From Eledone cirrhosa (taxonomy: Eukaryota), in contig OZ024740.1 of NCBI GenBank assembly GCA_964016885.1, positions 249,860,001 through 249,924,000 on the forward strand: a DNA stretch of 64,000 nt, in the 5' to 3' direction. A model generated the notes under the pieces. It made no database searches and was not told where the DNA came from. It worked only from the letters and a program-made list of their open reading frames with translations. Both the position numbers and the translations under genes were made by a program. Shown one piece after another: positions 25,153 through 39,343 of the stretch. Every line of letters starts with the position of its first letter. The stretch's first letter is position 1.

Positions 25153-26479
25153 TTAATGAAAAATATTTTATAATATTGAATCTCTCCAAATTCAGGATTT
25201 TCAATATTATTTAAAGATTTTAAGCAGTGTCTTTAATTAGAAATATGGTAAAGAAAGGGTTAAGCAACTGAGAATGCAAAACTTAAACAGGCTACCAGAG
25301 CATTGTAAATTCAGACTCCAACTATTGCTGGTATTCATTTTCCAACCAAATGAACTGTATTGACATGAAATGAAGTGCCTTGTTCAAGGGTACAATACAC
25401 TACCCAGTTTAGGGATCGAACTCAACACCTTACAACCATGAGACCAAATACCCTAATCCCTACGATACCTCCACCCATCCAAAAATGTATTCAAACACTG
25501 TTCAAAGGAAAATGGAACAAAGATCTTGAAATATATTTGACAGAGAGGGGAGATGAAAAAAAAAAAAAAAAAAAAATCAAAATTACAGATATTTTCCCTT
25601 GAAAATTATGGATAAACAACACCAATTTGAAATCTATTTTGACAAACATGAAATAAAAAAGATACATGTTATTTGTGTCACCAACAAATCAAATAAGAAA
25701 AAGGATCATCATTATTCTAACATCTAATTTTTCATGCTGGCATGGGTTGGATGAGATTTTTTAAGGCAATATTTTGTGGATGGATTTCCTTCTTGACACC
25801 ACCTCTTACTTGTTTTTAAGTATGGTATTGATCTTTGCAAGCAACAAGATATCTGAAGCAACAACACAGGCACACATACATATATGACATCATCATCACC
25901 GTTTAACGTCAATTTTTCCATGCTGGTATGGGTTAGACAAGTCATCCTGTTGTGTCATGCTCATACAGAATCGATTTTGGCCTGATTTCTACAGCTGGAT
26001 GCCCTTCCTAGCACCAGCCTCTTTTACAGTGAGTACCGAGTGCTTATTGTCGTGACGCCTACACGACCACTTTACAATATGGACTGGGCGTGTTTGCCAA
26101 ACACGACCACTTTACAGTGTGAACTGGGTAGTTTTTGTTGTGTTGCCATCGCGACCACTTTACAGTGTCGGCTGGAGGCTTCACTGGATGTATGTGTGGG
26201 GATGAGTGGGATGGTGCATATTATACATATCGGCTCGTGAGAAGCCGGGTCTTCTGCATTACTGTATTTCTGTGTATGTATATATATTTATAAGTATGTG
26301 TAAACAAGTGATGTTTTAATATGCTTGAAGAGGTAGTGATCTAAGGAGTCGAACTGTTCAGCTATGCAATTAAGGACGGTTTTCAGGCCAACTACTGGTG
26401 AGATATGCATAATAGAATAAACACGCTAAACTGATCTCCGTTTTGTGTGTGTGTATGTGTGTTTATATAAATATGAACA

Positions 26480-27240
26480 AAACTAAGGTATTAGTAAGCA
26501 GGAAAGAAGACAGGTCCCTGATCTCATCAGGGATATGGCCTTACGCGATATGCAGACAAGGAGTCGGCAGCAGAAACTCTGTACAATGTACATAATGTAA
26601 TGGGTACAGAAGAGATGTAATGGGATAATGGGTAGACTAACAGGAAAGGAAGATTTTGTATATAGAAGATGCACAGGAGTAATCAAAGGAAAGAGCGTCA
26701 GTGATATAACCCTCTTCTATGGAAAGGTCCATAGAAGTGGTTGATAGCTTCTGCTATCTAGGTGACTTAATTAGCTGTGGAGGAGGGTGCTGTAAGAGCA
26801 TAATAGCTAGAATATGGATAGGATGGAAGAAGTTTAGAGAGCTACTCCCAATGTTGACAACAATAGGTTTCTCCTTAAGAAAAAAAGGATGGCTGTATGA
26901 TACTGTGTGTGAAGTGTGATACTGCATGGCAGTGAAACATGGGCTGTGACTGCAGAAGACATGCATAGACTGGAGAGAGATGAAGCAGCCATGCTTCGTT
27001 GGATGTGCAATGTAAACATGAGAGAAAGGCAGGGATGAATGAACTGAGGGAAAAACTGGGTTTAAGAGGAATCAGAAGTGGTATGCAAGAAAGAAAACTA
27101 CGTTGGTACGGGCATGTGATGCACATGGATGATGATCGTTGGGTGAAGAAGTGACAGGAAATCCCAGTAGAAGTAGATAAAGGATGACATGGGCAGAGGT
27201 GGGGAAAACTGATCTCAAATCACCAAGACTCACAGAGGAA
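26480..27240 (+). mobile_element. Decayed RTE LINE 3' fragment (family A)
   Basis: VVDSFCYLGDLISCGGGC...GWKKFRELLP. Confidence 0.82.
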
Positions 27241-27770
27241 ATAATTATTTCTACTTTAGGCACAAGGCCAGCAATTACCCAGTGCATTACTGGTACTTTA
27301 TTTTATCAACCCCGTAAGGATGAAAGGCAAAGTCAACCTCGGCGGGATAAATAATGAAGAAAACTGATGAGTGGTGAGATGCTGTGCTGAAAAGGACTCG
27401 TCAATCCCACGCAAATGTGGAAAAATGGATGTAAAAATGATGACAATGACGATGAAATATATATATATATACACACACACACTCACACAGAAATGATGAG
27501 CTCCCATTCACACTGTCTACCTAATTCACTCATAACTCATTGTAGAAGGCACCTGTCCAAGGTGTTAAGTTGGATAGAGCATGAAACAAACTTTTTAACT
27601 ACACAGCCATGTTTGTTTGTTGCTAAATTCTTTAGAAAAATATAAAAACATACTTATATATAATGTATTTGTAGATTATGTGTTGCTTCTATTGATTTCT
27701 GTAGTTAGAAAAGGGAAGAGGTGGAAGAAAAAATAGCTAAAATATAGACAGTAAATTGAATTATACTCAC

Positions 27771-27935
27771 GACTTGCAGACAGGCTTGAATTGTGCAACC
27801 AATTAGGTGTGTTTTGCTGTGGTATGGCTGCCTGCACAAATGCATTGTGGTTAAATTCTTGTGTAGCATCCTTGAGTTGACGTAGGTTCTCCAAACATAT
27901 ATGATAGATCTGGCTCCAGTTCTTGGGATGGCATC
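27771..27935 (-). CDS. NDC1: NDC1 internal exon (GCHPKNWSQIYHICLENLRQL...)
   Basis: ttccAG acceptor and GTGAGT donor; 165 nt, phase 1-1; matches the NDC1 GGHPHNW motif. Confidence 0.92.
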
Positions 27936-28650
27936 CTGGAAATGTGAACATGAAACTATGTAATAGAGATGTTACTTGAGCTAGGTAGAAAAGATAATTT
28001 AGGTCAAGAAATTTTAACAGTTACATATACCATTAAATAACCAGCAGAGCTACAAACCATTAAATTATTGACAAAGTTACAACAGACCATTAAATCCCCA
28101 TTAAAGCACAACAAACCATTACATCCCAATAAAGTTACAACAGACCATTAAATTATCAACATAATTACACAGGTGAATCAGACCAATAAACTATCAATAC
28201 AAAGATAGCCTTTTGAATAACGAGCACAACTATATGGGAGAAACAAGGTATTGAACTATCAATTCAGCTATACATACTATTAAACTATCAACACAACTAC
28301 ACATGTAAAACTGCTAAGGACATTATGACTACATCCTACCATTTCCTCTTAGTGATTATCCCTATTACAATCACTGTTTAACCCTTTTGATACCAAACTG
28401 CATGAAACTGACTTTGATTCTATGATAAAAAGCTATTCCTCTTAAAATGTTTATATTTATCTAAAAATCTTCCAACCGACAGAGATCACGAGGGCATAAC
28501 ATGAACAAGATAGTTATATAACACCCATAAGCTCAGTTGGTGTCGCTTGGGGATCTAGATGAATCATTTAGAGACAGTTGCTACTGAAAGGATCCTATGG
28601 AAGACATGTCTGAGGTCTCTGCCCCTATGGCCCTACCAGGAATAAATGGA

Positions 28651-28872
28651 GAAGAAGAAGAAGAAGAAGAAGAAGAAGAAGAAGAAGAAGAAGAAGAAGA
28701 AGAAGAAGAAGAAGAAGAAGAAGAAGAAGAAGAAGAAGAAGAAGAAGAAGAAGAAGAAGAAGAAGAAGAAGAAGAAGAAGAAGAAGAAGAAGAAGAAGAA
28801 GAAGAAGAAGAAGAAGAAGAAGAAGAAGAAGAAGAAGAAGAAGAAGAAGAAGAAGAAGAAGAAGAAGAAGAA
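28651..28872. repeat. Pure (GAA)74 trinucleotide repeat
   Basis: 222 bp uninterrupted, following a LINE-like 3' end CCAGGAATAAATGGA. Confidence 0.98.
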
Positions 28873-30907
28873 AAATCAGTGACTGTCATTAGAAATATAG
28901 TAAAAAGGAGTTAACAGTTGAGGTTCTATGAAGCCAGATTTCAATGTATCTACTGTATTACTTGAATTCCCAATAAATACAATATATTTTAGTCAATGAA
29001 GCTAAATTTTACAACAAAGCTATAGTAATGTTCACCCTTTGTGGTGTGATTTTCACAATTATACTAAACTGTTTTCTGTCTCAGTCCAATTAACTATAAA
29101 ATAGGTACTGTAGGTTAACACAAATCACTGCTGTAGCAGCAAGAACACAGTACAATTGTTAGGATGGATCCTTTATCAATCTCGACAATGAGCATTCAGA
29201 GTTGTTCAATCAACCAAACATCCTACTTGTTAAATTTATGTATGTGGCTGAGTATTCCAATGACATACACATACCCATAACATAATTTTCAGACAGAATC
29301 AGTGTGAGACAATATGGATAAGGATGGCTCTTTGAATTAGAGGTACAGTTATCAGATGGGCTTCTATACAGTTTCTGCCTGCTCAGTTTCACTTACAACC
29401 TTGGGCTAACCTGAGGCTACGGTAAAAACACTTGCCCAAGATGCCATGTAGTGGGATTGAATCTGGAACCTAATGATTACGAGGCAAAATTCTTAGCCAA
29501 TCAGTCATGACAGTATCCACCGCTACGATCAGTATTTGATTAGATAGCAGTGTTACTTTCAAATACTTCCACAGAGAGTACTGGAGAGATGAAGGATACT
29601 TTAGAATGTTGTGATTTAAGATATATCATTAGAAATATTCCTAATTTCTCTCAGTAGTATAGCAATAACCAATCAGTCAATCAAATAAAAAATCTGAAGC
29701 AGCAGCTTAGAGCTGCAACAATGAATCTACATAACAAACAACACTACTGCCAAAACTGTAGCTACATTCATAGCATTTATGGAGGCCCTGAAAAGGGTCA
29801 TGAGTATATGTCTTTGTCCTCTAAGTCATAAAAAAGAAAAGATAACATTTAACTGTTAAATATGAATATTACCAATCCTAACAAAACGAAGGTGAAAGAA
29901 GAGATTTAGAATCACAGAACAAAGATTGTAGTCATGGTTGTTGTTTTTTTAACTGTTTAGTCATGGAGGGGAAAGCAATCTCAAATTAGTGGCCTAGTTC
30001 AAATGCTTGTAAAATAAAGTGGAAACCACTAAAGGCATCCAATGGTAATGTTAAACTGAGTGACACATTAAGTAGTTACAAGATTTGAACCCAGAATGCA
30101 AAGAGTTGAAAAAATATCACAAGGCATCTTGTTTGACACTGTAACAATTTTGCTAATCCACTGCTCTGGATTTTACTTTATTGTGCAGTTGAGAAGTTAG
30201 TTTCATAATCATGTTATTTCAGATTCAATCCCACTGCATGGCATAATGGGCAAATGTCTTTTATCATAGGTTTTGGATTACCTCAATTCTTGTTCGTGGA
30301 ATTGGATAGACAGAAACTGTTTGAAAGCTAGTCAAATGCACTGTACTTGTTAGTGGGTGGTATACCTAACTGAAACTGCTCAGTTTAACACCACCATCTT
30401 GCCGTTCGAAACCATTAGCAGTGTTCACACTCTTGCAAGCATGTGGACAATGTTTCAGTTTGAGGATTACATGATATCCTAATGCATTGCTTCTTACAGC
30501 AACAACCCATGAGTCATGGCTTCCTACTTCCCAAAAGGACGAGCACTTTTCTTCTTTTTCTGACAAAGCCACAAATAAATAAATAAACAAGCAAACAATA
30601 ATAATATTGATGATTTCTAATTTCGGTACAAGGCAAGCAATTTTTGAGGTAAGAGAAAGTTGATTACATCACCCCCAGTACTTAACTGGTACTTTATTTC
30701 ATCTACCCTGGAAGGATGAAAGACTAAATTGATCTCGGCAGGATATGAACGCAGACCATAAAGACCTGAAACAAATGCCACAAAGCATTTTATCTGATGC
30801 TCTAATGACTGTCAATCCACCATCCTTGGTTATGGCGACAAGAGGGTAAGAGAGGGTGGGGCAAAATTTGAAGTCACAACCAAAAATTAAAAGTAAAAGC
30901 TCATTAC

Positions 30908-30989
30908 CTGGGAAAGTTGCACTGAAAAGAACTTGGCGTCTGTTGAAGGAGAACTTGGACAGATGGCAGAGATCTAGAAAACCAAGGTA
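30908..30989 (-). CDS. NDC1: NDC1 internal exon (YLGFLDLCHLSKFSFNRRQVLFSATFP)
   Basis: ctgcAG acceptor and GTAATG donor; 82 nt; resembles vertebrate [28 protein letters not shown]. Confidence 0.93.
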
Positions 30990-31851
30990 CTGCAGTTGGG
31001 GAAAATAAAAAAAAAAAACCAACAGAAATAATATATGTAGGAAAGTAGAACGGGAGGTTAATGGCTAACAATATCTGACTGAATCAACAATGCATGTAGA
31101 GTTAAGTATCTTGTTCAAGCACACACCAAAAAATCAGTGAGGTAAGGATTTTGTTTGTCACAGTAAATGGTTATACAACCTGATGCTCCCTGCAACTTAA
31201 CCATTTAATCCTTTCATTATAGTATTTCTAATCATCATCATCATCATCTTCGTTTAATGTCCATTTTCCACGCTAGCATGGGTTAGACGGGAGTTGTCCC
31301 AATTTGAGGCAAGGTTAGTCGGGTGACCGTGTCTCGCTCATATAGGACTATCTGGCAGGTTTTCTACGGCTGGATGCCCTTCCTAACACCAACCTCATTT
31401 ACAGTGTGGAACTGGGAACTTTTTACCGTGTTACCTACACGGCCACATTACAGCGTGGACTGTGTGTTTTTTGTCGTGACACCTACACAATCTCGATCTC
31501 ATTATCTCATTTATTTGGACTGGATGTTGTGGTACCAACTTTATATATATTTGTGATGAGGAAATTTCTGTTGTATTATTTGCAAGTTGGTCACTGCAAC
31601 TGTTTGTTGTGAAATTGTATCAGTGACCAGGTCACAATGCTTGCAATGAAATTTTTGACACACAAAAAAAAAAAAATGGGAATATAATAGTATTTGTTGT
31701 GTGTGTTTATAATGGCTAAAGTGCCACTTTTATGGTGTAAAACACCTTAAAAGTTATACCAGAAATAAAAGGTTCATGTATAACCCACACATTAGAAGCT
31801 TGATCTCAAATTACTGAAGAGGTTAAAATGCCATTTAGAAGTTTTATTTAC

Positions 31852-31944
31852 CTGAATCCAAGGGCTGCTCTTACAGCTAAGGGCATTGTGTAAACATTTG
31901 TCTGATAGATGATCTAAGCCAGGCTCTATACGGAATTCATAACT
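31852..31944 (-). CDS. NDC1: NDC1 internal exon (SYEFRIEPGLDHLSDKCLHNALSCKSSPWIQ)
   Basis: Polypyrimidine tract with ctcAG acceptor and GTAAAT donor; 93 nt, phase 0-0; resembles [31 protein letters not shown]. Confidence 0.9.
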
Positions 31945-32270
31945 CTGAGCAGAGTGGAGAAAAAAAATTTAGATCAAAATGAAACATACCAAAATCCTAT
32001 TTATTTATGTGGTCAAAGAGACAAAAGTATTACAAAATTTTCATTGTTTTCTTTGTTTCTAAAGTGTAAATTGCTATTTCTCATTTAATAAATTTTTACA
32101 TGAATTAACTATCAGTTCATATATGGTTTATTGTGTGTATCCCATGTCACACTTGCCTTTGAAAATGTAATCACTGATTTGGCTCACTGGAAGCCTATAT
32201 CCAACCACACTATTGTCCACATAATTAAAATAAATAAGCAAAGCATGAACATCTTGAAATGGGAAATAAT

Positions 32271-33376
32271 ATTGGGTTGGAGAGAAAGTTCATCCCATTT
32301 TTCAAAAGGAGGTATTTTGGTAGAGTTTTTTGAAAATGTTGAAGGTTGTGTCTGCACACATATATAAGAAGTGACATTTGGTATGCACTATGTGCATTTT
32401 TCATTTTCTGTTACGCCATCAAAGGGGAAGCAACAATGGATCTATCCAAATCATTTGTTCGTGGCTGTTTACTTTATGACTTCAAACCTAGCCTAAGCAC
32501 AGCAGCATCGAGTCATCACATTAATGCATTTGGGTCACACACCATGTCTGAACAGTGCCAGGGACTGGTTAGCATGCTTCTGTTCCAGTGATTACAGCCT
32601 TGAAGATCGACCTTGCACAGGACATTCATCTGACTTCAATGATGAGCAATTGACCTATCCTAGACATCACGTCAACTCTCCAAAGTATTTGGGGCATCGA
32701 AAACAACCAGCCACAATCACTTGCATGCAATAGGGAAGGTGTCTAAGCTGGACTAATGAGTGCCCCACAATCTGACTGATTGTAATCATGAATGTTGGAT
32801 GAGAGCTGAGATTTCTCTGCTCCCCTACCATTGTACAACCAACTGGTCATGTTCCATTGTCACTGGTGATGAAGAATGGTGTCTCTACATTAATGTCAAG
32901 TGGGTTGATAAAGAGCATGTGTCACAATGGCCAGCAAAAGCTGTCCATCACCCTTGTAAGGCCCTAGTGAGTGTCTGGTGGGACTGGAAAGGTGTTATCC
33001 ATTATGAGGTGCTCTCACTGAACACCAGCATAACTTCTGACATCTATTGCTAACAACTTAACAGATTAGCAGTGAAAATCGCTCAGGTGCGCCCACGCCA
33101 TGGTCCTGTTTGATTCCTTCTTGATAATGCTCAACTGCATACATCAATGAGCATTGCAATCAAAGACCTTCACCAATAAAGACCAATTAAATCTGTGGCT
33201 GACAGAATACTTAGCATTGAAGCCAGAAGAATTCAACAGGAATGTGCATTCCTAAATGATGGCAGGTAGTAATAGCAAATGATGGCGATTATTTTGGCTT
33301 ATAAAATTAACCTAATGTTGCAAAACGCCAAAGTCAATAAAAATTTGAAAAACGGTGAGAACTTGCTGTCTAACAT
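32271..33376 (+). mobile_element. Old, decayed mariner transposon
   Basis: Fragments LLYDFK, SIVTGDEEWCLY, SVWWDWKGVIHYEVL, LDNA. Degenerate terminal inverted repeats (GAGAAAGTTC...TTTTTCAAA and TTTGAAAAA...GAACTTGCTG). Confidence 0.8.
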
Positions 33377-33859
33377 CAGAAAGAATGACAAAATATGAAT
33401 AAAATTCTATTCCATTTGTTTCCCAACGTTTCTATTTCTATTTCACTGCTATGTGTTGTTCATGAAATTGATATAAGGAGGGGTACACACATTGTGTATT
33501 CTTGCGAGTTCTCTCCTTTACAGATGAATTACTATTTACAAATTATAGCTATGGTGACAGTTTATATAGCTTGATTTTTCTCTTTGGCATAAAAAGGTGT
33601 CTAATTTTGGATTGCTTTCTTTTCTTTCCAGATATGTATGCGATGGGCATAGCTGGAGCATCGCTGATCATAGGTTTTCTGGACCAGAGTTAAGACTAAG
33701 CAAAAATAAGAATGCACTTTATAATGTACTCAGAAAAAATAAAAATGGATGGTTATATCTTGCATACTTTTTGAACATAGCTCTGCTGAATCAGGGCTGA
33801 TATGGGTTAAACAATAACTGTAATGTCATTGTAAAAGAGGATATAAAGAAAGAGCAAAA

Positions 33860-36800
33860 TCATCATCATGATCACCATTGTTGTTTTAATGTCTGCTTTC
33901 CCTGCTGGCAAGGGTTGGACAGGTCTACATAGACCAAGTCGATCTGAAACACAGGCTACTGATCTCCCAGACAAGTTGTCTCACTTATGTATAGTTTCAT
34001 GTTCTTTCTAGTGCACAGTGGAGGTTGTCATATCTTTGACACAACTGCGAGTCCTCCCAACATTTTGTTTCACAAGCTTTCTATGGCTGGATGCCCTTCC
34101 TATTACCACCCACTTTACAGCATATACTGGGTGCATTTATCGTGTCGATCACCAACACTAGGGAGACTGTCATGCCTTGTCATGACTGAAAGGTCCGTCT
34201 GACCCTTTGTTTGGCAATCTTTCTACAGTGGGATGCCCTTCCCATCACCAACCACTTTACAGTGTGTACTGAGTGTGTTTATCATGTAGATTACCAAACA
34301 CTAGAGAGGCTGTCATGTCATTGGCATGACTGAATGGTCCTCCAAGTTTTCTATGGATGCCCTTCCTATCACCAACTATTTTAGTGTGTACTGGGTGCAT
34401 TTATCGTGTAGATCAAACACTAAGGTGGCTGTCATGCCTTGCCGCAACTGAAGGGTCCTCCCAACCCTTTGTTTGGCAGACCCTCTGGATGCCTTTCCCA
34501 TCTCAAACCACTCCACAAGGGGACAGCAGCTAGGAGCATGTGTGGGGAGGAGGCATAGGGTGTGTGCAGTGAGGGTTGTAGTGGCATTGAAGACAGCTGG
34601 GGCTGTGATGGAAGGGAGGGGGGGGGGGGGAATTGAGCAACATTGTATGTTGCAGGTTGGATCTCTTTCAGCACCACCCTTCACAATCTTTAGTCATTTG
34701 TATTGTGAGGTTTAGTGTCTTAAGATCAGCCTTCACAACTTCATCCTGTCTTTCTAGGTCTGCCTCTCCCACATGTCTCAGCAACAGGGGTTACTCTACA
34801 TTTCTTTATGCAGCTGTTATCTTCCATGTGCACCACATATCCATATTGACACAGTCTTCTCTCTTGCACATTATATTCAAATCCTCTTAGGCCAAGTTTT
34901 TCTCTCAGTTTGCTTATGCTATGTTGCTCATGCACACTAACATACTCGATTCATTTATTTCTAGCCTCCGCAGGTTTTCTGCATCCAAGGCCCATGTTTT
35001 ACTGCCTTGTAACATTGCAGTTCACCCTTCACTCTGAGAGAAAAGCATTTTGTTATTAGCAGCAGTAATAGCGCTCTAAACTTCTTTCAGCCTGTTCTCA
35101 TCCTAGCTATCACTCTTTCAGCGCATCCTCTCCACTGCTAATTTGATCACCAAGGTAGCGAAAGGTGTCAAAAACTTCTATGAAGAACCCCTGGCAGCTG
35201 AGGGAATATATTTCACATGTGCTCTTTGTGCTCATTTCACTGGTGCATCTGTCACATGTAATGTCTATCTTTTCCATTAGCTTGCCTGCAATCGCACTAC
35301 AACTCTTGTGCGTCCATAGTTCAGATTGAGTGCACCTTATGGAATTTCTGCCCACCCCCTTTCTGACATATTGAACAAAGCTAATTCCCTGATGGTATAA
35401 CCTTCTTGTCGTCTTCCCTACTTATTAGGACTTTTGTCTTTGTTAAATTTACTTTTAGGCCTTTCAACTCTGGGTTCTTCTTCCATGCTTGAAATTTTGC
35501 CCCCAACTCTCCTATGGATTCAGCTATGAGGATTAGGTTGTCATTTTATAGGAGCTCCCATTTTAAACTCCTCAGTGATGGCCTGAAGGACAATAATAAA
35601 CAGGAGTAGGCTGATCTCTGGTGGACTCCCACATGCACTTCAAATTCATTACTGTACTTATTTCCAACTCTCACTCTGCTGGTTACACCTTTATACATGG
35701 TCTACACAACCCTCACAATTCTACACCTAGCTTCCTGAGTGCCCACCAGATTATAGACCCTGTTGAAGGCCTTCTCTAGATCCACAGGCTTACTCTTAGC
35801 TCAATACCTCTCCTGTAGTTGTCCCACCCGAAAAGAGGCATCAGTAGTACTCCTAACTGGCATAAATCCAAACTGCATCACATCTAACTTGATTCTTTCC
35901 TTAATTAGCTGTGCCATAACTCTTTCAGCAACGTTCACAACATGATCCATCAGCTTGATGCCTCTGTAGTTACTTCTCTTGTTACAATCTACGATAATAC
36001 TGCTGCGCCAGTCATTGGGTATGATACTATCCTGAATTACTTGGTTAACTAGGTGTCTGATTAGCTCATATCCTACCATCCCACATGCTTTTAGCATCTC
36101 AGTGACTATACCAGATAATCCAGCTGCTTTCTCTACTGTCATATACTTAATTGCTTTATCTATCATACTGCTGTTGACTTTCATGGCTGGTCCCTCAGTA
36201 GGGTCTGCATGGGGTAGGCCCTCACTGTCCCATTCATTTTCCTTAGTTAGCAGTTTCTCATAGTATGTCTTCCATGTCTCTTTATTTTCAGTGTCAGACA
36301 GAGCAAGTGCTCCATTATCCCCTTGGACACACTTTTCTCCAACTACATCACAACTTTCTCTTGTATAGTCTCACAATCCTGAACGCTTCATGCCTCTGAT
36401 CTTCACGATGCAGAAAATGTGCAAACTACTTCTTTTCTGTCCCCACCTCTGCTAGACATACTTGATGCCTGGCCACCCTTCTAGCTGTCTGGTATTGCTT
36501 TGTCTCCTCCCTTCTTTCATTTTCTCTAAGCTTGTCGTTTTGTTTTAATGGCTCTTTCTACCTTATCATTCCACTACCATGTCACCCTCTGTCTTGGTGG
36601 GATTTTGCTTTAGCTGCAGACCTGGCTCGTGGTTTCCAGCAGGTTGTCCAGTAGAAATTTTTCTCTATGTTATATTCCTTACTGTTATAGGTGTCAAGGA
36701 TTTCTCTAAATTTGTTACCTACTGAGGGTTCAGCTTCCATGTCTTCTTTCTCCAGACTGGCTTTTGTCTCTTGGTCCACCTAGCCCTTACTCTAAGGTCA

Positions 36801-37620
36801 GAGACAACTAATCTATATTGGAAGGTACATTCCTCCTCAGGGAAGGTCTTGGTATTTACAATCATTTGGTGAGGATGAAGTTTATGTGGCTTGTATGCCC
36901 CGTTGATTGGTAGGTAATCAGATGGCTGGCTAGTTTCTTGAAGTTTGTGTTACAGATCATTAAGTTGAGAGCATCACAGAACTCCAGAAGACTAGTCCCC
37001 TCCTCATTTCTTGTGCTATACCCGTAGCCTCCATACATGCCAGGGAATCCATCATGATGTTCCCCAACATGTCCATTGAAGTCACCAGCTACACTCATAA
37101 GATCGCTGTCAGCATTTAAACTGGCTGCAACCAGCCACTCATACTGATGTTAAGGTATTATTCTCAAAATAAATAATGTCAAAATATCATCATCATCATC
37201 ATTTTACGTCCGCTTTTCCCTACTTGTTTTAATTCGATATTATGTGAGGTAAAGCGTTTACTGTGAAAATATAATAGTATATATAGAGTAATCTAAATGC
37301 TAAAGGTTTAAGGCTAGTCTAAATCTAATTATTCTATCACTTACTCTGACAACCTCAATTACCTGGTCTACCCATTTCTCAGCGAGGAGAATTCCTACCC
37401 CATCCACCCCATTTTTGTTACCCACCCAGAAGAATTTGTACTGGTGTTCCTTGCCTGTGATGAATCTGGCCAAGTTGCCCCTCCACCTAAACTTCTTGTA
37501 CACAACACACATCTACTTCTCTCCTTTCTGACATCTTCACAATCTCTCATTGTTTCCACATTTAATGTGGCGAATCTGAGGTTCCTCACTTGATCGGGAG
37601 TGGGCTGCATGCCTGTCTTT
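33860..37620 (-). mobile_element. Decayed near-full-length RTE LINE (family A) with a tandemly repeated 3' UTR
   Basis: APE endonuclease (ATLNVETM, GVGILLAEKW, AGDFNGHVG) and RT (IPNDWRSS, NYRGIKL, QFGFMP). An approximately 140-bp 3' UTR unit repeats 3-4 times at 34070-34520. Confidence 0.88.
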
Positions 37621-37699
37621 CTTTTTTTCTGGGTTTTAGGGGTGAGGGATGAGGATGCCCAACTGGTTGGAGATACTCAGGGGATTTACAAGCATATCA

Positions 37700-37940
37700 G
37701 TGATGTGTTTTTTCCTTGAGCAAGACACTTTATTTCACATTGCTCCAGTTTACTCAGCTGTAGAAATGAGATGATAGGACTGGGGTCGTGGAGGTGCCAT
37801 GTCAAAAAAGCACCCAGCACTCACTGTAAATGAGGTTGGTGTTAGGAAGGGCATCCAGCTGTAGAAATCAAGCCAGAATCAGTTCCCGTCCCACCCTTGC
37901 AAACAGGGAAAAGTGGACGTAAAATGATGATGATGATGAT
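37700..37940 (+). mobile_element. CORE-like SINE with RTE-type tail (truncated)
   Basis: Matches 14035..14305. Confidence 0.8.
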
Positions 37941-38197
37941 GTTCTTTCATATTGTATTAGCTGTCACAGATGTTTGTAGTCATCCTCCTTATCAGCGTCA
38001 GCAGTAGCCAACAATTCTTCACTAAGTCCATTTTGCCCTACTAATGTTTCAGGTGCAATATGTATACTATAGGTCTTTTATTTATGATGATGGGGAAGGT
38101 GGGGCGATAGCCCTCACCCACCAAGTTGACATCGCAAGGTGTGTCGGTAATGAAATGGCGGCGTATGGTAAGAATCTGTCTAGGTGAATTAATTAAT

Positions 38198-38387
38198 TGT
38201 TTCTACTTTAGGCACAAGGCCAGCAATTACCCAGTGCATTACTGGTACTTTATTTTATCGACCCCGTAAGGATGAAAGGCAAAGTCAGCCTCGGCGGGAT
38301 TTGAACTCAGATCGTAAAGGGACGTAACTATGTTCGAAAGCATGGCGTCCGACCCTCTACCGATACTGCCAATCCACCGCCTTTAGG
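38198..38387 (-). mobile_element. tRNA SINE S1 with a 21-bp target-site duplication
   Basis: TSD TGTCTAGGTGAATTAATTAAT at 38177-38197 and 38388-38408. Confidence 0.9.
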
Positions 38388-38687
38388 TGTCTAGGTGAAT
38401 TAATTAATGAGTTTTAGATATAATACTAATAATTTTTAGTTTTACATTTAGAAGTTTTGTCGGCTACCTACTTTTATCTGCTGTACGAAGAAATTGAAAC
38501 ATTTCATCTTTGCTTATACATTTCTACTAGGATTTGTGGGATTTGTATATTTATAGCTAATTTCGTGTGGGTGTATAAGATCAATTTTTGAGACCGAGAC
38601 CTGTTGTATCGGAAAACGAAGCAGTATGTTAGTGTTATGCTAAAAGAGAAGTAAAATGAACAATAATTCCACATTATATTTTACAAG

Positions 38688-38848
38688 GGCGGTGGATGGC
38701 AGTATCGGACGCCATGCTTTGCAAAAAAGAGTTACGGCCCTTGCCATTCTGAGTTCAAATCCCGCCGAGGTTAACTTTGCCTTTCATCCTTACGGGGTCG
38801 ATAAAATAAAGTACCAGTAATGCTGGCCTTGTGCCAAAAGTAGAAACA
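38688..38848 (+). mobile_element. tRNA SINE S1 with a 15-bp target-site duplication
   Basis: TSD ATTATATTTTACAAG at 38673-38687 and 38849-38863; B box GAGTTCAAATCC. Confidence 0.9.
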
Positions 38849-39210
38849 ATTATATTTTACAAGTGTCTGTTTTATTACAGAATAATATTTTAGGCTAGCT
38901 ACAAACATTTACAGTGTAGTTGACACTGAGAGAATTGTTATGGCTCATTATTGTAAGTTTGGTTGCCTTTTATAATCTTGTATTTCATAGGAGCTTTCTT
39001 GGGTGTTTTAATGATAGGGGCTCCAGTTCTATAATGTTACCATTTTCCAAGTGACAGCAGGTATAATTTGAACATAGAACCGATACTATAATGCATCCTA
39101 TCTGACACTAGCAATTCCACTAATCAACCAACATGAATTAAATACATACTTTCACAATTTACCAATGAAACGAAAATAAAAATAAAAAATGATTTTTCTA
39201 CTTTACATAC

Positions 39211-39343
39211 CTCAGTTAAATAGGTCTTCAGTAAGACAGCAGCTAAATGCCAAATAAAATACATGTAAGTGCCAAGGAAAAATGACTGCAAGAACAACTC
39301 TGGCTGAAGTAGGCTCTGAACACTTGACAAATTTGTTTCTGGG
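39211..39343 (-). CDS. NDC1: NDC1 internal exon (PETNLSSVQSLLQPELFLQSFFLGTYMYFIWHLAAVLLKTYLTE)
   Basis: tttctctAG acceptor and GTATGT donor; 133 nt, phase 2-0; last transmembrane segment, resembling ...WILFKIYATE. Confidence 0.92.

Noticed and set aside
27360-27410. CTGATGA...GAAA possible hammerhead
   Set aside because: Stems I, II and III do not pair convincingly.
28581-28914. Poly-Glu, poly-Lys and poly-Ser ORFs
   Set aside because: Artefacts of the (GAA)74 tract.
30366-30590. 74-aa minus-strand ORF as an NDC1 exon
   Set aside because: The flanking exons already join as FPG-CHPKNW, matching the conserved motif, so no exon is needed.
34070-34520. Spaced repeats resembling a CRISPR array
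   Set aside because: Eukaryotic context; these are diverged tandem copies of an RTE 3' UTR with no unique spacers or cas genes.
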